Positions 10,801 to 21,241 of a DNA stretch of 50,872 bases are shown piece after piece. A model generated the notes under the pieces. The model was not told where the DNA came from, did no database searches, and was given only the letters and a program-made list of their open reading frames with translations. The stretch is from Saprolegnia diclina VS20. Lineage: Eukaryota. Position 1 is the stretch's first letter. Each line of letters starts with the position of its first letter. A program made the translations under genes and the position numbers. Where the stretch lies: assembly GCF_000281045.1 (NCBI RefSeq), contig NW_008246077.1, forward strand, positions 781,264 to 832,135. Direction: 5' to 3'.

Positions 10801-10985
10801 TCCGCCTCTCGGGCACGGGTGTCGCCGGTGCGACCGTCCGCATGTACATTGAAAAGTACGAGCCGGCCTCGGGCAACCTCGCGCAGTCGGCGGCCGACGC
10901 GCTCCGTCCGCTGATTGCCGCGGGCTTGACGCTCTCGGCCCTCGAAGCGTACACGGGCCGCAAGGAACCCACCGTGATCACGTAA
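7806..10985 (+). CDS. Bifunctional UDP-glucose pyrophosphorylase / phosphoglucomutase fusion (1059 aa, intronless)
   Basis: N-half LKLNGGLGTSMG, WCPPGHGD, SNSDNL, QLETAMG (UGPase). C-half QKPGTSGLRKK, TASHNPGG, DGDADRN, CGEESFG, GRKEPTVIT (PGM). Confidence 0.96.
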   Translation: MSGFAAFEAKMEAAGLSQAAIKAFEYSYASLLSGDSGTMPETSIENVADLTYLEGRPGSIRESIKADASLLQKTVVLKLNGGLGTSMGLDKVKSLLNIKGSDNFLDMTAKQIIEMRKKYNSNVRFILMNSFSTSADTLDYLQKYPEIVSDVDLELLQNKVPKIDVTTMQPAEWKLNPSKEWCPPGHGDLYPSLLGSGKLDKLLAQGYKYMFVSNSDNLGATLDLELLTHFAQLDTSFMMECCERTENDKKGGHLAKRVSDGHLVLRESAQCDPADEAEFQNIAKHRYFNTNNLWIRLDKLAEELHRQGGLIKLPMIRNSKTVDPKDGDSPAVFQLETAMGAAIECFDNSTAVCVPRTRFAPVKKCDDLLLLRSDAYVVTDDYRLVLAPERNGNATVMGLDGKKFKLVQQLEAALRGNVPSLINCNRLKITGDVGFAPDVVFEGDIAIVNNSKEQKTVLSGTYRDQTIDLTSQPGLGKLKASVVSTAPIEGQKPGTSGLRKKTKAFMAEHYLNNFVQSTFDALPSKDLHGGTLVVSGDGRYFNKEAIQTIIKMAVASGVDRVWVGQNGLLSTPAVSAVIREREGGAVAFGAFILTASHNPGGIDEDFGIKYNCENGGPAPEKLTDEIFNNTKVIASYKIASNFPNVDVSRVGATCVKSDDGSRTVVVEVFDAAEDHVDLLKTIFDFKAIKDLIARDDFSFVYDCMSGVQGPYAHRVFVDELGAPESSLLNAVSKEDFGGHHADPNLTYAHELTHIMGVDPKGSAIHGQAHKVPAFGAACDGDADRNMILGSRFFVTPSDSLAVIAANANVIPFFRKKGGLRGVARSMPTSGAVDLVAKKLGISLFEVPTGWKFFGNLMDSKEVYGKEDYTPFICGEESFGTGSNHIREKDGMWAVLAWLSILAAKNTPGAPLVSVEDIVVNHWKTYGRNYYCRYDYEGVDKAQAEKMMAAMVATNKAGESLNGFTLATNDEFTYHDPVDGSISRNQGIRFIFTDGSRVIFRLSGTGVAGATVRMYIEKYEPASGNLAQSAADALRPLIAAGLTLSALEAYTGRKEPTVIT

Positions 10986-11036
10986 ATCGCGTAAAGCGGT
11001 TAAATATATGTTATGCACACGCACACTTCGCATCTC

Positions 11037-14000
11037 CTAGGCGTCCGTGTCGGAGAGGAACTCGTCGTCGCCAGCGTACACGCCTTGGTCTTGGTCTATC
11101 GCTTCATCGGCTTCGTACGACTCGTTGTCGTCCCATGCGCCCTCGGAGCGAGGAGTGTCTGGGAGCAGTGCCTCTTCGGACACTAGCACGTCTGCCGGCG
11201 GTGGGTCGGGGGACGCTGCGGGAACGGGTGCTGACACGTGCTCCGTGACGCTGTCGCTACTGCTTCTGGCCGTGTCATGGTTGCTTTGAGTCGTGCCTTG
11301 GTTGCTTCTGGCCGTGTCGTCGCTGGTTTCAGCCAGCCCATTCCAGATGATTGCAGTGTCGTTGTCGATATTGGCGTCCGCACGCGCATATCGGGTATCG
11401 TCGAGGCTTGCATATGCGTCCAAAGCGCCATGAGAGTGGCTGTCGCGTGACGGTGGAGCGTCAAGAAAGGCTTCTTGCTCCGCGTCGTGGAGTGCCGAGT
11501 GCTTCGAGTCCAGCGACAATGGCATGACTCTTGGCGTTGACATGGGAGAGATGGTGCGCGGTGTCGCGTCTCGAGATGCTGATGTTCTGTCTACGCTTGG
11601 CGTCTCGGCGCGAGAAGGTGGCTCGTCGATGCGAGGCCGTTCCAGGTTCCAACTGACAACTTGAGCCAGTGGCGGCGCATCGAGGTCTTGACTTTGTTCG
11701 TCGTGGGTCTCACTGGTGCGACCCGAATGCGGTCGTTGGACTGCGCAGCCGTCGTTGAAGAAGAGCACGTCGTCGTCCTGCTTGGTGGTGCGCGCCTTAC
11801 TTTTGGCAGACGATGCTCGCTCTTCTGGAATCGGCGCGGGCTTGGCGCGCGGTCGCAGCGGGCTCTTGGTTGACGTTTTGCTCTACGTCGCCATGTAGAA
11901 ACGTGTTGTCGGACGTTGGTGTACCGAGACCGGTGGCACCATCTTGGTCGACGGCTTGCGTAGCGTGACCGACTTGCGTGCCTCGGTGGGATCCCACGGC
12001 TGCGACCGTTGGCTCAGCGAGTCGCGTCGCTTGACCGAGAGGTAGTTGATGACGTTGAGCGTCGTCGGGTCCTCCGTCTTGGGCAGCGCGAGTTTGTACA
12101 CCACGACAAAGTCATTCTCGAGGTCGTCGTCGTTCGGTTGCTCTCGCCGCTCGCGCGTTGAGCGCTGTTCCTACGTCGACGCAACACGCTCCATCGACCG
12201 TGCATTGCGCCTTTGTCGTTGACGTACATGCACGAGATCGCGGTGCTCTTGAAGCCGCGCGGCGAGCCGAGCCGCGAGCTTGGACCGCGCTGGTGCCTCG
12301 GGCACTGGCTTTGGTGCTGGCTGTAGCGCCTCAAACTCCATAAAGTGCGCAAATGGATCGGGCTGCTCGAGTATCGGCGGCGGAACTTCAACGATAGCCA
12401 CATGCGGTGCTGGCTCGGGCATCGCGTACAGCTCTCGCAGCAACGAGAGGTCGCCATCGCGAAGTCGCGCTTGCTTGACACTTTGCTTGACGTGGTGGCA
12501 CTTGAGCTAGACAGAGCCATGCAGCGACCTTGCTGTTGCAAGGGAGAACCGTACCGCCACGTTGACGTACGGGTATACGTGCAAGAGAAGGACAACGTGG
12601 GCAATGTCGTGGAGACTCACACTATGCAGCTTGAGCTGGTCGATGGACCGGATCGCTTGCGAGCTTGGATGCACGAGCTCGTGGACTGCGGCGACGTTGT
12701 GTACCCACATGCGTAGCGCGGCCCCAACGACGGACCGTCGTTCGATCGCGGCCATCGAAAACGTGGCTTGGCCGCAATGCAAATAAAGCAGTGCGAGCGA
12801 CCTACGTACACCCACGAGCAAACTGTTAGCTGCCATTTGAAATCAAACGAAAAGACCGAGGGTCGAGGTCCGCGATCGTGACGGCTTGGAGCGTCTCGAC
12901 GAGCGAGTCTTGAAAGACGCTTCGCACAATCGTCCATGGCAGCCAGCGCCAGCGGTCCACGAGCTGGACCGTCGACGGCGTCTCGAGCGCGACAATCTTG
13001 TAGAGCACCGAGGCAAGAATGTAAATCTCGGGCGTGGGTTTGACCCAGAAGCGCAGTTGCTGGAGCGAGTCGGCACGGTACGCGCTCTGGCTGTGCAGCT
13101 GGGTCATGTAGCGCTGGCTTTCCATCGTAGCCCTAAGACACTTTGGGTACAACCGTAGTAGACATAATGGGAATGTATACTGGTGGCTCTCAATCTCGGG
13201 GGTCGCCGAGAGCGAAGCAACGAGGTTGTCCATGCGCGTCGCAATCTCATCTTGGTTTGCAATATATGCGACGGGCAAGCTAGATAGCCGCGTGGATGCC
13301 CAGCGGCGATAAGAAGGCACTCACCTCGGGTGGAGAAACACGGGCGGCGACTTCTTCTTGCGCTTCTTCATGGACGGCGTTGCAGCGCGGCGCTTGGCGG
13401 TGAGGAGCTTGACACGCTCGATGGCCTCGAGGTGGCTCTGAACGTTCGCCAGCCGAATGGTTTCGACCTGCTTGACGAGCTCGCGTTGGGCCGCTTGGTC
13501 TCTCTACGCGCTGCCTCGCATCATGAACCACGCAGGCAATCAAGGGTACGGCGAGTGCTTCGCTTCGGGCTGCACGCTCTTGCGATTTGACGCGCTTCCA
13601 TTCGTCAAACGACGCTTCACTCTACGCGTTTTTGAGTTGAGTCGAGCACATGTCGCAACAACCTGCGCTTTGAGCTTGGCTTTTTTGAGCTCGGCTTGCT
13701 CGGCCTCGCGCACCTTGGCGCGTTCCTTGGCCTTCTCTTCTCTAATGCGCTCGTTCTTCTCGTCGCACCATGCGCGCCAGCACGCCTAATGATATCTCGT
13801 TCGAGAACAGGTCGTCGCGAATGCCGACCTCGCCGTCGTCGAGCTTCTTCTTGCGCATGCGTGTTTCGTCGTCCTTGGAGACCGAGAGAGGCCGCCTGCA
13901 TAGACACTTGTTATATCGACGACTCCTCACAGGTGCGCGTACAGCTGCTTGGTGCTTACGCCTTTCCGGAGACGCGGCGCCTCGCCCGCCGACGTTCGTG

Positions 14001-14120
14001 GCCGGAGGTCCTATGCAGAGCGAGCGTATTCATCAACCTGCGGCTAGCTTTGGAGCGTACAGGCTGGCTCTGAGCCACCATGAGGTCGCGCTCCAGGCTC
14101 GAGAGCCACACCGCGTTCAT
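11037..14120 (-). CDS. Uncharacterised multi-exon protein: Lys/Glu-rich coiled coil, dynein stalk microtubule-binding (MTBD)-like domain, low-complexity tail
   Basis: GT-AG splicing joins MNAVWLSSLE...(ATG 14120) to ACWRAWCDEKNERIREEKAKE..., SEASFDEWKRVK..., LQQLRFWVKPTPEIYIL...WTIVRSVF...FSMAAIERRSVVGAALRMWV, and the terminal exon ending TAG at 11037. Start codon and some 3' junctions are uncertain. Confidence 0.7.
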
Positions 14121-14183
14121 CGGGTCGGTAACTTCGAACTTCGCCGGTTCACGCGGAAACGGTTGCAGAACGGGCAGTTCGGG

Positions 14184-17156
14184 ATGCAAGAGCCGCCAAA
14201 GGAGGACGCGTCGGCGGCGACCGAGCCCGTGGGCCCAGGCCCGCCGCCCGGCGATGATGACGGAGACAACAACAAGGACGACGAGGACGAATCCTACGAC
14301 TCGTATGACTCGCACGACGAGCTGTCCGATAGAGGAAGCCACAAGCCCCCCAGCGGCGTCGACAAGATTGCGCGAGGGCTCATGCTAAGCGACGATGACG
14401 ACGACGATGGGCAGCACGTTTCCGCGTACATGAGTCGCCAAGCCGAGCGCGCTGAGGTCACGGGGCTCTCGCCTATGGAAGAGATCAAGCTGGCGCAAGG
14501 CGAGCTTGCGGCCAAAGCTGCGCAGTCCGAGACGCACGACGACCACCCCCACGCGCTCCCGCACAAGCGACAGCTCTGGCGTGTCGTCAAGACGTCCGTG
14601 CTTCTCAGCTCAACGCAAACGCAAAATCACATCTTGCCGGCAGCCGTCACCGTCGACCAAGAAGTCAAGCGCATCGCAAAAGACTTGGAACACGACGTGG
14701 ACAAGATGACGGCGGGTGCGTCATAACGAGCCAGAACCGAGGCGAATACCTCGCTTTATGTAGCGCAAGCTCGCAACTTTGTCGAGAGCGTGGCCAAAAG
14801 CGAGACCATCATGAAGTCGCGCCAAGACGACAAGACGGCCAAGCGGATCCCGTGGTACCTCATCAACCCCAGCGGCCGCTTTCGAATTCAATGGGACGTG
14901 CTCAGCGTCGTGCTCATTATCTGTACGACGTGATGGCCTTCGCTTGGCTCTTGTCGACTCATGGGAAAACTAGATAACGGGTTTTACATTCCGGTGCCTG
15001 CAGTCTCAGGTTGCGCATCAACTGAAGCCACATGTTTGTCATGTAGCTCTCGCTTGCGTTTGGGCGAGACAGCGCCTACCCGATCATCACGCAGCTCGAC
15101 CAGGCGCAATGGGCCTTTAGCCTCCTCTACTTGGCCGACGTCGTACGTCGCTTGCTCAACTCGATGCCCTATCCACAGCGCGTCTCCACTGCTAGATTGT
15201 CAACTTTTTCTCAGCCTACGAAACGCGCGGCAAGATTGAGATGCGCTGGCCCGTGATCATTTTCAACTATTTAAGAACCTGGTGCTTTGCGACACTTCCG
15301 ACGCGCTCGTATGCTATACGTATCATCTAGGTTCCTCGTCGATAGTCTCGCGGCGTTCCCGTTCGACATTGTGTTGTCCCCGTCCGAGGCCTCGACAGGG
15401 ATGTTTCAAATTCTTCGGCTCCTCAAGCTCTTTCGCATGTTGAGCTTCATGCGCATTCTGCACCGGTAGTTGTATATGCACCGTCCAACACGCGGGCTTG
15501 ACTCGATTCTAGACTCGAGTATGTGCTTTTGATCCGCTCCAACGTGAGCAGCCTCTTGAAGTTTTGCCTCCTCGTCTTCTTGACGTCCCACTGGTTCAGG
15601 TCGATGATCCACAGCGTTCACGTGCGAATGCCAACGCGTTTTGCGTAGCTGCTTCTTCTACTACATCTCGTACGACAACCCCACGGGCTGGGTCAGCAAT
15701 CAAAAGCTCCAAAACGACACGCTCTATGCGAAATACGGTGCGGTCGCGGCGGTGTTTGTCAAGTCTCATCGTGTCTAGTCAATGCCTTCTACTGGTCCAT
15801 CATGACCATGTATGGCACTTGTCTTTGAAAATGTGGATGCTGATATTGTCATGTGTATGTAGGACCACAGTTGGCTACGGCGACGGTGCGCTGGCCTTGA
15901 TGACGCATCGATACGATTCACATCGCTGGGTCTAGTGTGCGCCGGCAACACGCAAGAGCGGGCGTTTGCTATCTTTGCCATGGTCATTGGCGCGTGGATT
16001 TTTGCCTACGGCATCACCAACGTACTAAGCTCTACATAGTGTTTGCCTGCGATTCGGCGCGTAGGTGGTCGCCACGGTGGCCAATTTGAACCCAAGCGAC
16101 ACGTGTTTCCAGCGCAAGATGGTAGACAACCACCCTTTTTTATTTTGGAAAAACACCATGTCGTAGGACGTTGTGAACGCGTACATGGACGTACGTCGTA
16201 CTGTGTTGTCGATGCATATAGACTGTGGACCTAGCGCCGCGATCTTCCCATGATGCTTCGCAGCGAAATTCGCGAATTTCTTCTCAACGCTCGCCTCTCA
16301 ACCGATAGCAAGCTCAAAAATGTAAGAAATAGGGCTGATACGCATGGGGAATATCCCCTTTTTCCATAGGAAAGCAAGATCCTCGGCGAGCTCTCGGCAC
16401 TGCTTCGCTCCAAGATTGCGCTCGCTATCAACGACAGCGTTCTCAACAAGATGCCATTCTTCGAAGGCGCCGACCACAATTTTCTCATGGAGCTCGCGCT
16501 CTCGATGAAGATGGTGTGCTTCCCGCCCCACGAAGACGTGATCATCGAAGGCGAGATTGGCGAAGAGATGTTTTTCATCTTTCGCGGTGCCGTCGAAGTG
16601 CTTCAAAGTGCGCAACAAATCTGCGTCCTTGGTGAACAACAGTACTTTGGTACACACACTCTCGACTTGATACCTTGATAGAATACAACATGTAGGCGAA
16701 ATGGCGATTCTCAACGCCAACTGCCTTCGCACCGCGACCGTGCGAACACTGTGCTTTAGTGAGCTCCGGATGCTGACGCGCCAAAAGTTTCTCTTGGCGC
16801 TCACGCACTTTCCGGCGATGCGCCAGCGGATCGCCCACATTGTACACAGCCGCGATCAGCAGTCGGCGCGCAAGTCCATCTCGCGCGTCCGACCGTCCGT
16901 GGCGCCGGGCTCGGTCCTCGAGAAGATGGCCGTGTCGATTGCACGAGAAAGCGGCCTCTTTGATCCGTCGGGCGACGGGAAGATCGTCGGGTCGACGCTC
17001 CAGCGCATTTCCCAAATGGACATCAAGACGCAGGAAGTCCAGGACGGCCATTCAAATCTCGAGGCCGTGATCCAGCGCCTCGTCGAAACACAAGACATGC
17101 TCGTCGTTGAGCTCGGCCGCCTTGAAGAAAAAATGGAGCAGCGAATAGCACGATAG
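14184..17156 (+). CDS. Cyclic-nucleotide-binding-domain K+ channel (6TM, KCNH/HCN/CNG superfamily), paralog 1
   Basis: Many short exons giving INPSGRFRIQWD (pre-S1), S4-like LRLLKLFRMLSFMR, pore FYWSIMTM|TTVGYGD, C-linker and CNBD EGEIGEEMFFIFRG...FGEMAIL...RTATVR, and a C-terminal coiled coil. Confidence 0.88.
16370..16587 (+). repeat. Near-identical direct repeat of 19468-19685 (C-linker/CNBD exon)
   Basis: 218-nt manual alignment with only 2 mismatches; offset 3098 bp. Confidence 0.9.
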
Positions 17157-17282
17157 TGTACAGTTTGGAACACGACCATATTTAGCCGCTGCCTTTTTAT
17201 ATCGGTTTCGCACACAAGCTATTCTGGTTTCGACAAGGAACCGAGCGCTCTAGCAAGGCCAGCTGGCAACAGAGCGCAGACC

Positions 17283-20200
17283 ATGTCGCTGCGCGGACGA
17301 AGGAGCTTTTCGTCGCCACCCATGAAACACGACGACGGCGATGATCTGATGTCCGACATGCCACTGCGCACGGTGCGGTCGTTTGACGGAACCCTCACGG
17401 GCCTTCCGCCGCTTGGAACGGACGACCTCACGCTCCGACGTGACATTGGCATCCCCATGGACAAGTACGACGAGGAAGACGCCGAGGCAAAGATCGAAGA
17501 AGGCATGACGCCATCGCCCGCCAAGGCCTCGGTCGTCCCGTCGGCCTACATGGTTCGGCAGGCGCAGAAGGACCACATCGTCGGGCTCTCGCCCATCGAA
17601 GAGCTCAAGATTGTTCAAGGCGAGTTCCAAGCGCGCGCTGCGTCCAAGTACCCACGTCTGAGCCTCTCGTCGCGGCTCTCGTCGCGCTTCTCGACGTCGA
17701 TCAAGCGGGACGCGCCCCGCATAAAGGAGCGACTTCACGTGCCGTTTCTGGGCCGCAAACGCATCGTGCCCATGCCGCGCGGGAGTGAGGTCTTTCCGGA
17801 CGCCGAATTTCGCAAGATCAAGCAGACACTCCACAAGGACGTCGAGTCGATGACCCCCGGTACGCCTGTGATAGATCATCGATATATCGATTCACGTGGT
17901 GGCGTAGAGCAAGCGCTGAATTTTGTCAACGACGCGGCCAACACGGAGTTTATCTTGCGCAAACAGGCCGTCAAGTCCCAAACGCGGTCCTTGCCGTGGT
18001 TCATGCTGCACCCGACGGGCAAGCTGCGCGTTCGCTGGGACGTGGTGACGCTCTTCTTGCTTATTTGTACGAATGGATTGCGTCCAAGGCGGCTCCTATC
18101 ACTGCGTTAGATACGTCCGTGTACACGCCCATGGCACTGGCGTTCACGGCCAACATTGTGCAGTCGGACTTTTTCCCCATGTTTGATTGGATCGTCGACG
18201 GCTTCTTCTGCGTCGATGTGGTGCGTCATAAGATGCGTGCGGGATATTGAGCAACAATATTGTCTGCGTGTAGGGACTCAATTTTATCACGGCCTTTGAA
18301 ATCAAGGGCATTCTCGAGTCGCGGAGTCGGCACATTGTCGTGCATTATCTTCAGAGCTGGTGCGCGACGCAAAAATCATGGCTAAACGAACGGTGGCCAT
18401 CGCTGTAGGTTTCTCATTGACGCGGCCAGCGCGTTTCCGTATACGCTCCTACTCGACCATGCGATCGAGAACCCGTCCAAACGACTGCGGCAGATCTTTC
18501 AGCTCGCCAAAGTGCTGCGTGTGACGCGTGCGCGCCGCGCGCTACGGCGGTACGTCACAACCTATCTACGATATGTCTGCAGGACATGATGCTGCGTTAG
18601 ACTCGACTATTCGATTCTCGTGCGGTCGACGATCAGCAGCCTCATCAAGTTCTTCATCCTTGTCATGGTCACCTCCCATTGGTTCAGGTACACGACTCCT
18701 CGGATGCCGAGAGGTGATGAGCTTCGCGTCATATCAGCTGCTTCTTCTTTGGCATGTCGAACGGTGACGACACTGGCTGGGTCGCCAAACAAAATCTGAA
18801 TGCGTCCTCGCTCTACGCGCAATATGGTACCTCCTTGAGAGAGACGGCTTTTGATTATGGCCACACTAGTGAGCTCGTTTTACTGGTCCATCATGACCAT
18901 GTACGTCGTGTGCCATGTCGAATGACGAGGTGACTCATGACGTTCTTGACGGATAGGACAACGGTTGGATACGGAGACGGTGCGGCTATCTTTTGAGCGA
19001 GGCTGCAGTACGATGCCGATCCATGTAGTGACGGGCCAAAACACGAACGAACGCCTCTTCAGTATCTTTGCCATGATCAACGGCGCGTGGATCTTCGCCT
19101 ACGGCATTACCAACGTATGTTTTGAAAAAACTCCCGTTTCTGCAGTTTCTACGTTAGGTTGTCGCAATGGTGTCCAACCTTAACAGCACCGACACTCAGT
19201 TTCAGCAAAAAATGGTACAGATTTATAAAGTATCACTGTATCGGTATGACAATGGACCACCTTTCGTAGGATCGCATCAACGCCTACATGGAGGTATTTA
19301 GACCGTTTACAGATCCCATACACGAGCACTCTAGGCGCGGGACTTGCCGTTGGAACTACGCTCGGAAATCCGCGAGTTCTTCTTCAATACGCGCCTCAGT
19401 GCCGATAGCAAGCTACGCAACGTACGACGTCGTCTCGCATCAGACGCAGTTGCAAGCTCTATTGTAGGAAAGCAAGATCCTCGGCGAGCTCTCGGCGCTG
19501 CTTCGCTCCAAGATTGCGCTCGCTATCAACGACAGCGTTCTCAACAAGATGCCATTCTTCGAAGGCGCCGACCACAATTTTCTCATGGAGCTCGCGCTCT
19601 CGATGAAGATGGTGTGCTTCCCGCCCAACGAAGACGTGATCATCGAAGGCGAGATTGGCGAAGAGATGTTTTTCATCTTTCGCGGCGCTGTCGAAGTCGT
19701 ACAAGGAGGTCGGCAGATTGCTGTCCTCGGCGAACAACAGTACTTTGGTACACCCTCTCGACTTGATACCTTGATAGGATACGGACATGTAGGCGAAATG
19801 GCCATTTTGAACCGCAACTGCTTACGCATTGCGACCGTCGTCACGCTCTGCTTTTGTGAACTCCGGATGCTGACGCGGGAAAAGTTTCTCTTGGCACTCA
19901 CACACTACCCGAGCATGCGCCACCGCATCGCCAAATTCGTCCACAAGCGCAACCAAATGGCCAAATTGGCCAAGGCGAACGGAGACGGCAATCCATCGAT
20001 GAACCGAAAAGTACGCAAATCTCCAAGCTTTTCTTTGGTGCTAAAGTGCCGGGTAGCGGTCGGTCTCGCGCCTCGATCGCGTCGTTTCAGCGTTTATGGA
20101 CAAGTCCACCACGTCCCTCACGACTGTGGCGCCCGTACCCCCCGACGAAAACGGTGCTCTTTCTCGATCGAATTCAACGGGCTTAAAGGAACGACTAGAC

Positions 20201-21169
20201 TTGCAATCGGGCTTGGCGGGCAAAGTTACGCCGCCCAGCAGGCAAGGCAGTGCACGGCGCCTGCCTCTTTCTCCCAACCAAGGAGGCAGCACGCGCAACC
20301 TCTTCAATACCGTTGGCGGGAGCTCGCGCAATTTGCTCGGTCCCAGCAGTGGTAGCACGCGCAACCTGCTCGGAGGTGGCAGCTCGCGCCACCTCTTGGG
20401 TCAAAATAGCGGCAGCACCCGAAATCTACTCGTTCGGACAAGCAACGACAGTACGCGCAACCTGCTGGCGGGCTTGGGCTCGAGCGCCCGCAAACTCGTG
20501 CCGGACGCGGACAGCCGCACCAATAGCGTGGCGGACTCGAGCATGAAGAGCCTCGGTGGTGGCTTTGACGCGAGTGCGCGCAACCTCCTCGACCCGACCG
20601 AGCGAGATGAGATGTCCACGATGCGCCGTATCACGAGCCTCGACATTATGCACCGCGAGGAGCAGCATATGGTCTCGGTCACCGAGCGCGTGAAGCGCAC
20701 AATGACGACGGTGACGAGCAACCAAGACACGCTCGTGAATGAGATTGCGCAGCTGCACCAAAAGTTTGGCGCTGCTCAAAAGGAGCACCAAAACACCAAG
20801 CACGAGCTGGCGCTGTACAAGGCGATTTACGGTGAAATTGCCCTCGCAATGCAACACGCGCAGAAGCCGTCGGCTGGCTCCCGCCGCAACTCGATCGTCG
20901 ACAACGTGGCCAAGAGCCTCCAAAAGAACGTGCATGCGGCGTCGCAGCCCGAGCTCTCCAAGCTTGGTCACTCGTCAATCGCGCAGTCGACGATCCAAGG
21001 CGTACACTTCAAGGACCTGGGGCACCACGTGCGGCCGGTGGCGCTGCCCCCACCCAAGAAGAAGGCGAGACCGCAGATCACGCGGGCCAAGACGACGATC
21101 GAGCTCATGGACCGCGACTTGCCGCTCGACGACGAGTTTGAACGCATCATGAACGACTTACTGCATTAA
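17283..21169 (+). CDS. Cyclic-nucleotide-binding-domain K+ channel, paralog 2, with long C-terminal tail
   Basis: Similar exon layout to paralog 1: LHPTGKLRVRWD, S4-like LAKVLRVTRARRALRR, FYWSIMTM|TTVGYGD, CNBD FGEMAIL...RIATV; terminal exon contains ORF 20096-21169. Confidence 0.88.
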
Positions 21170-21241
21170 TCCTCAGTAACACAAGTCGCGACGCTCGGAC
21201 AGTGGCGGACGACGACAGATTGGAATACGGAGAGCGCTCTA

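Noticed and set aside
7773..11033. 1086-aa antisense ORF over UGPase-PGM
   Set aside because: Shadow frame caused by strong GC3 bias; no recognisable domain and it exactly mirrors a real gene.
13770..14183. N-terminal extension of channel 1 as given in the ORF track
   Set aside because: It overlaps the spliced minus-strand gene and reads as antisense shadow; ATG 14184 is preferred.
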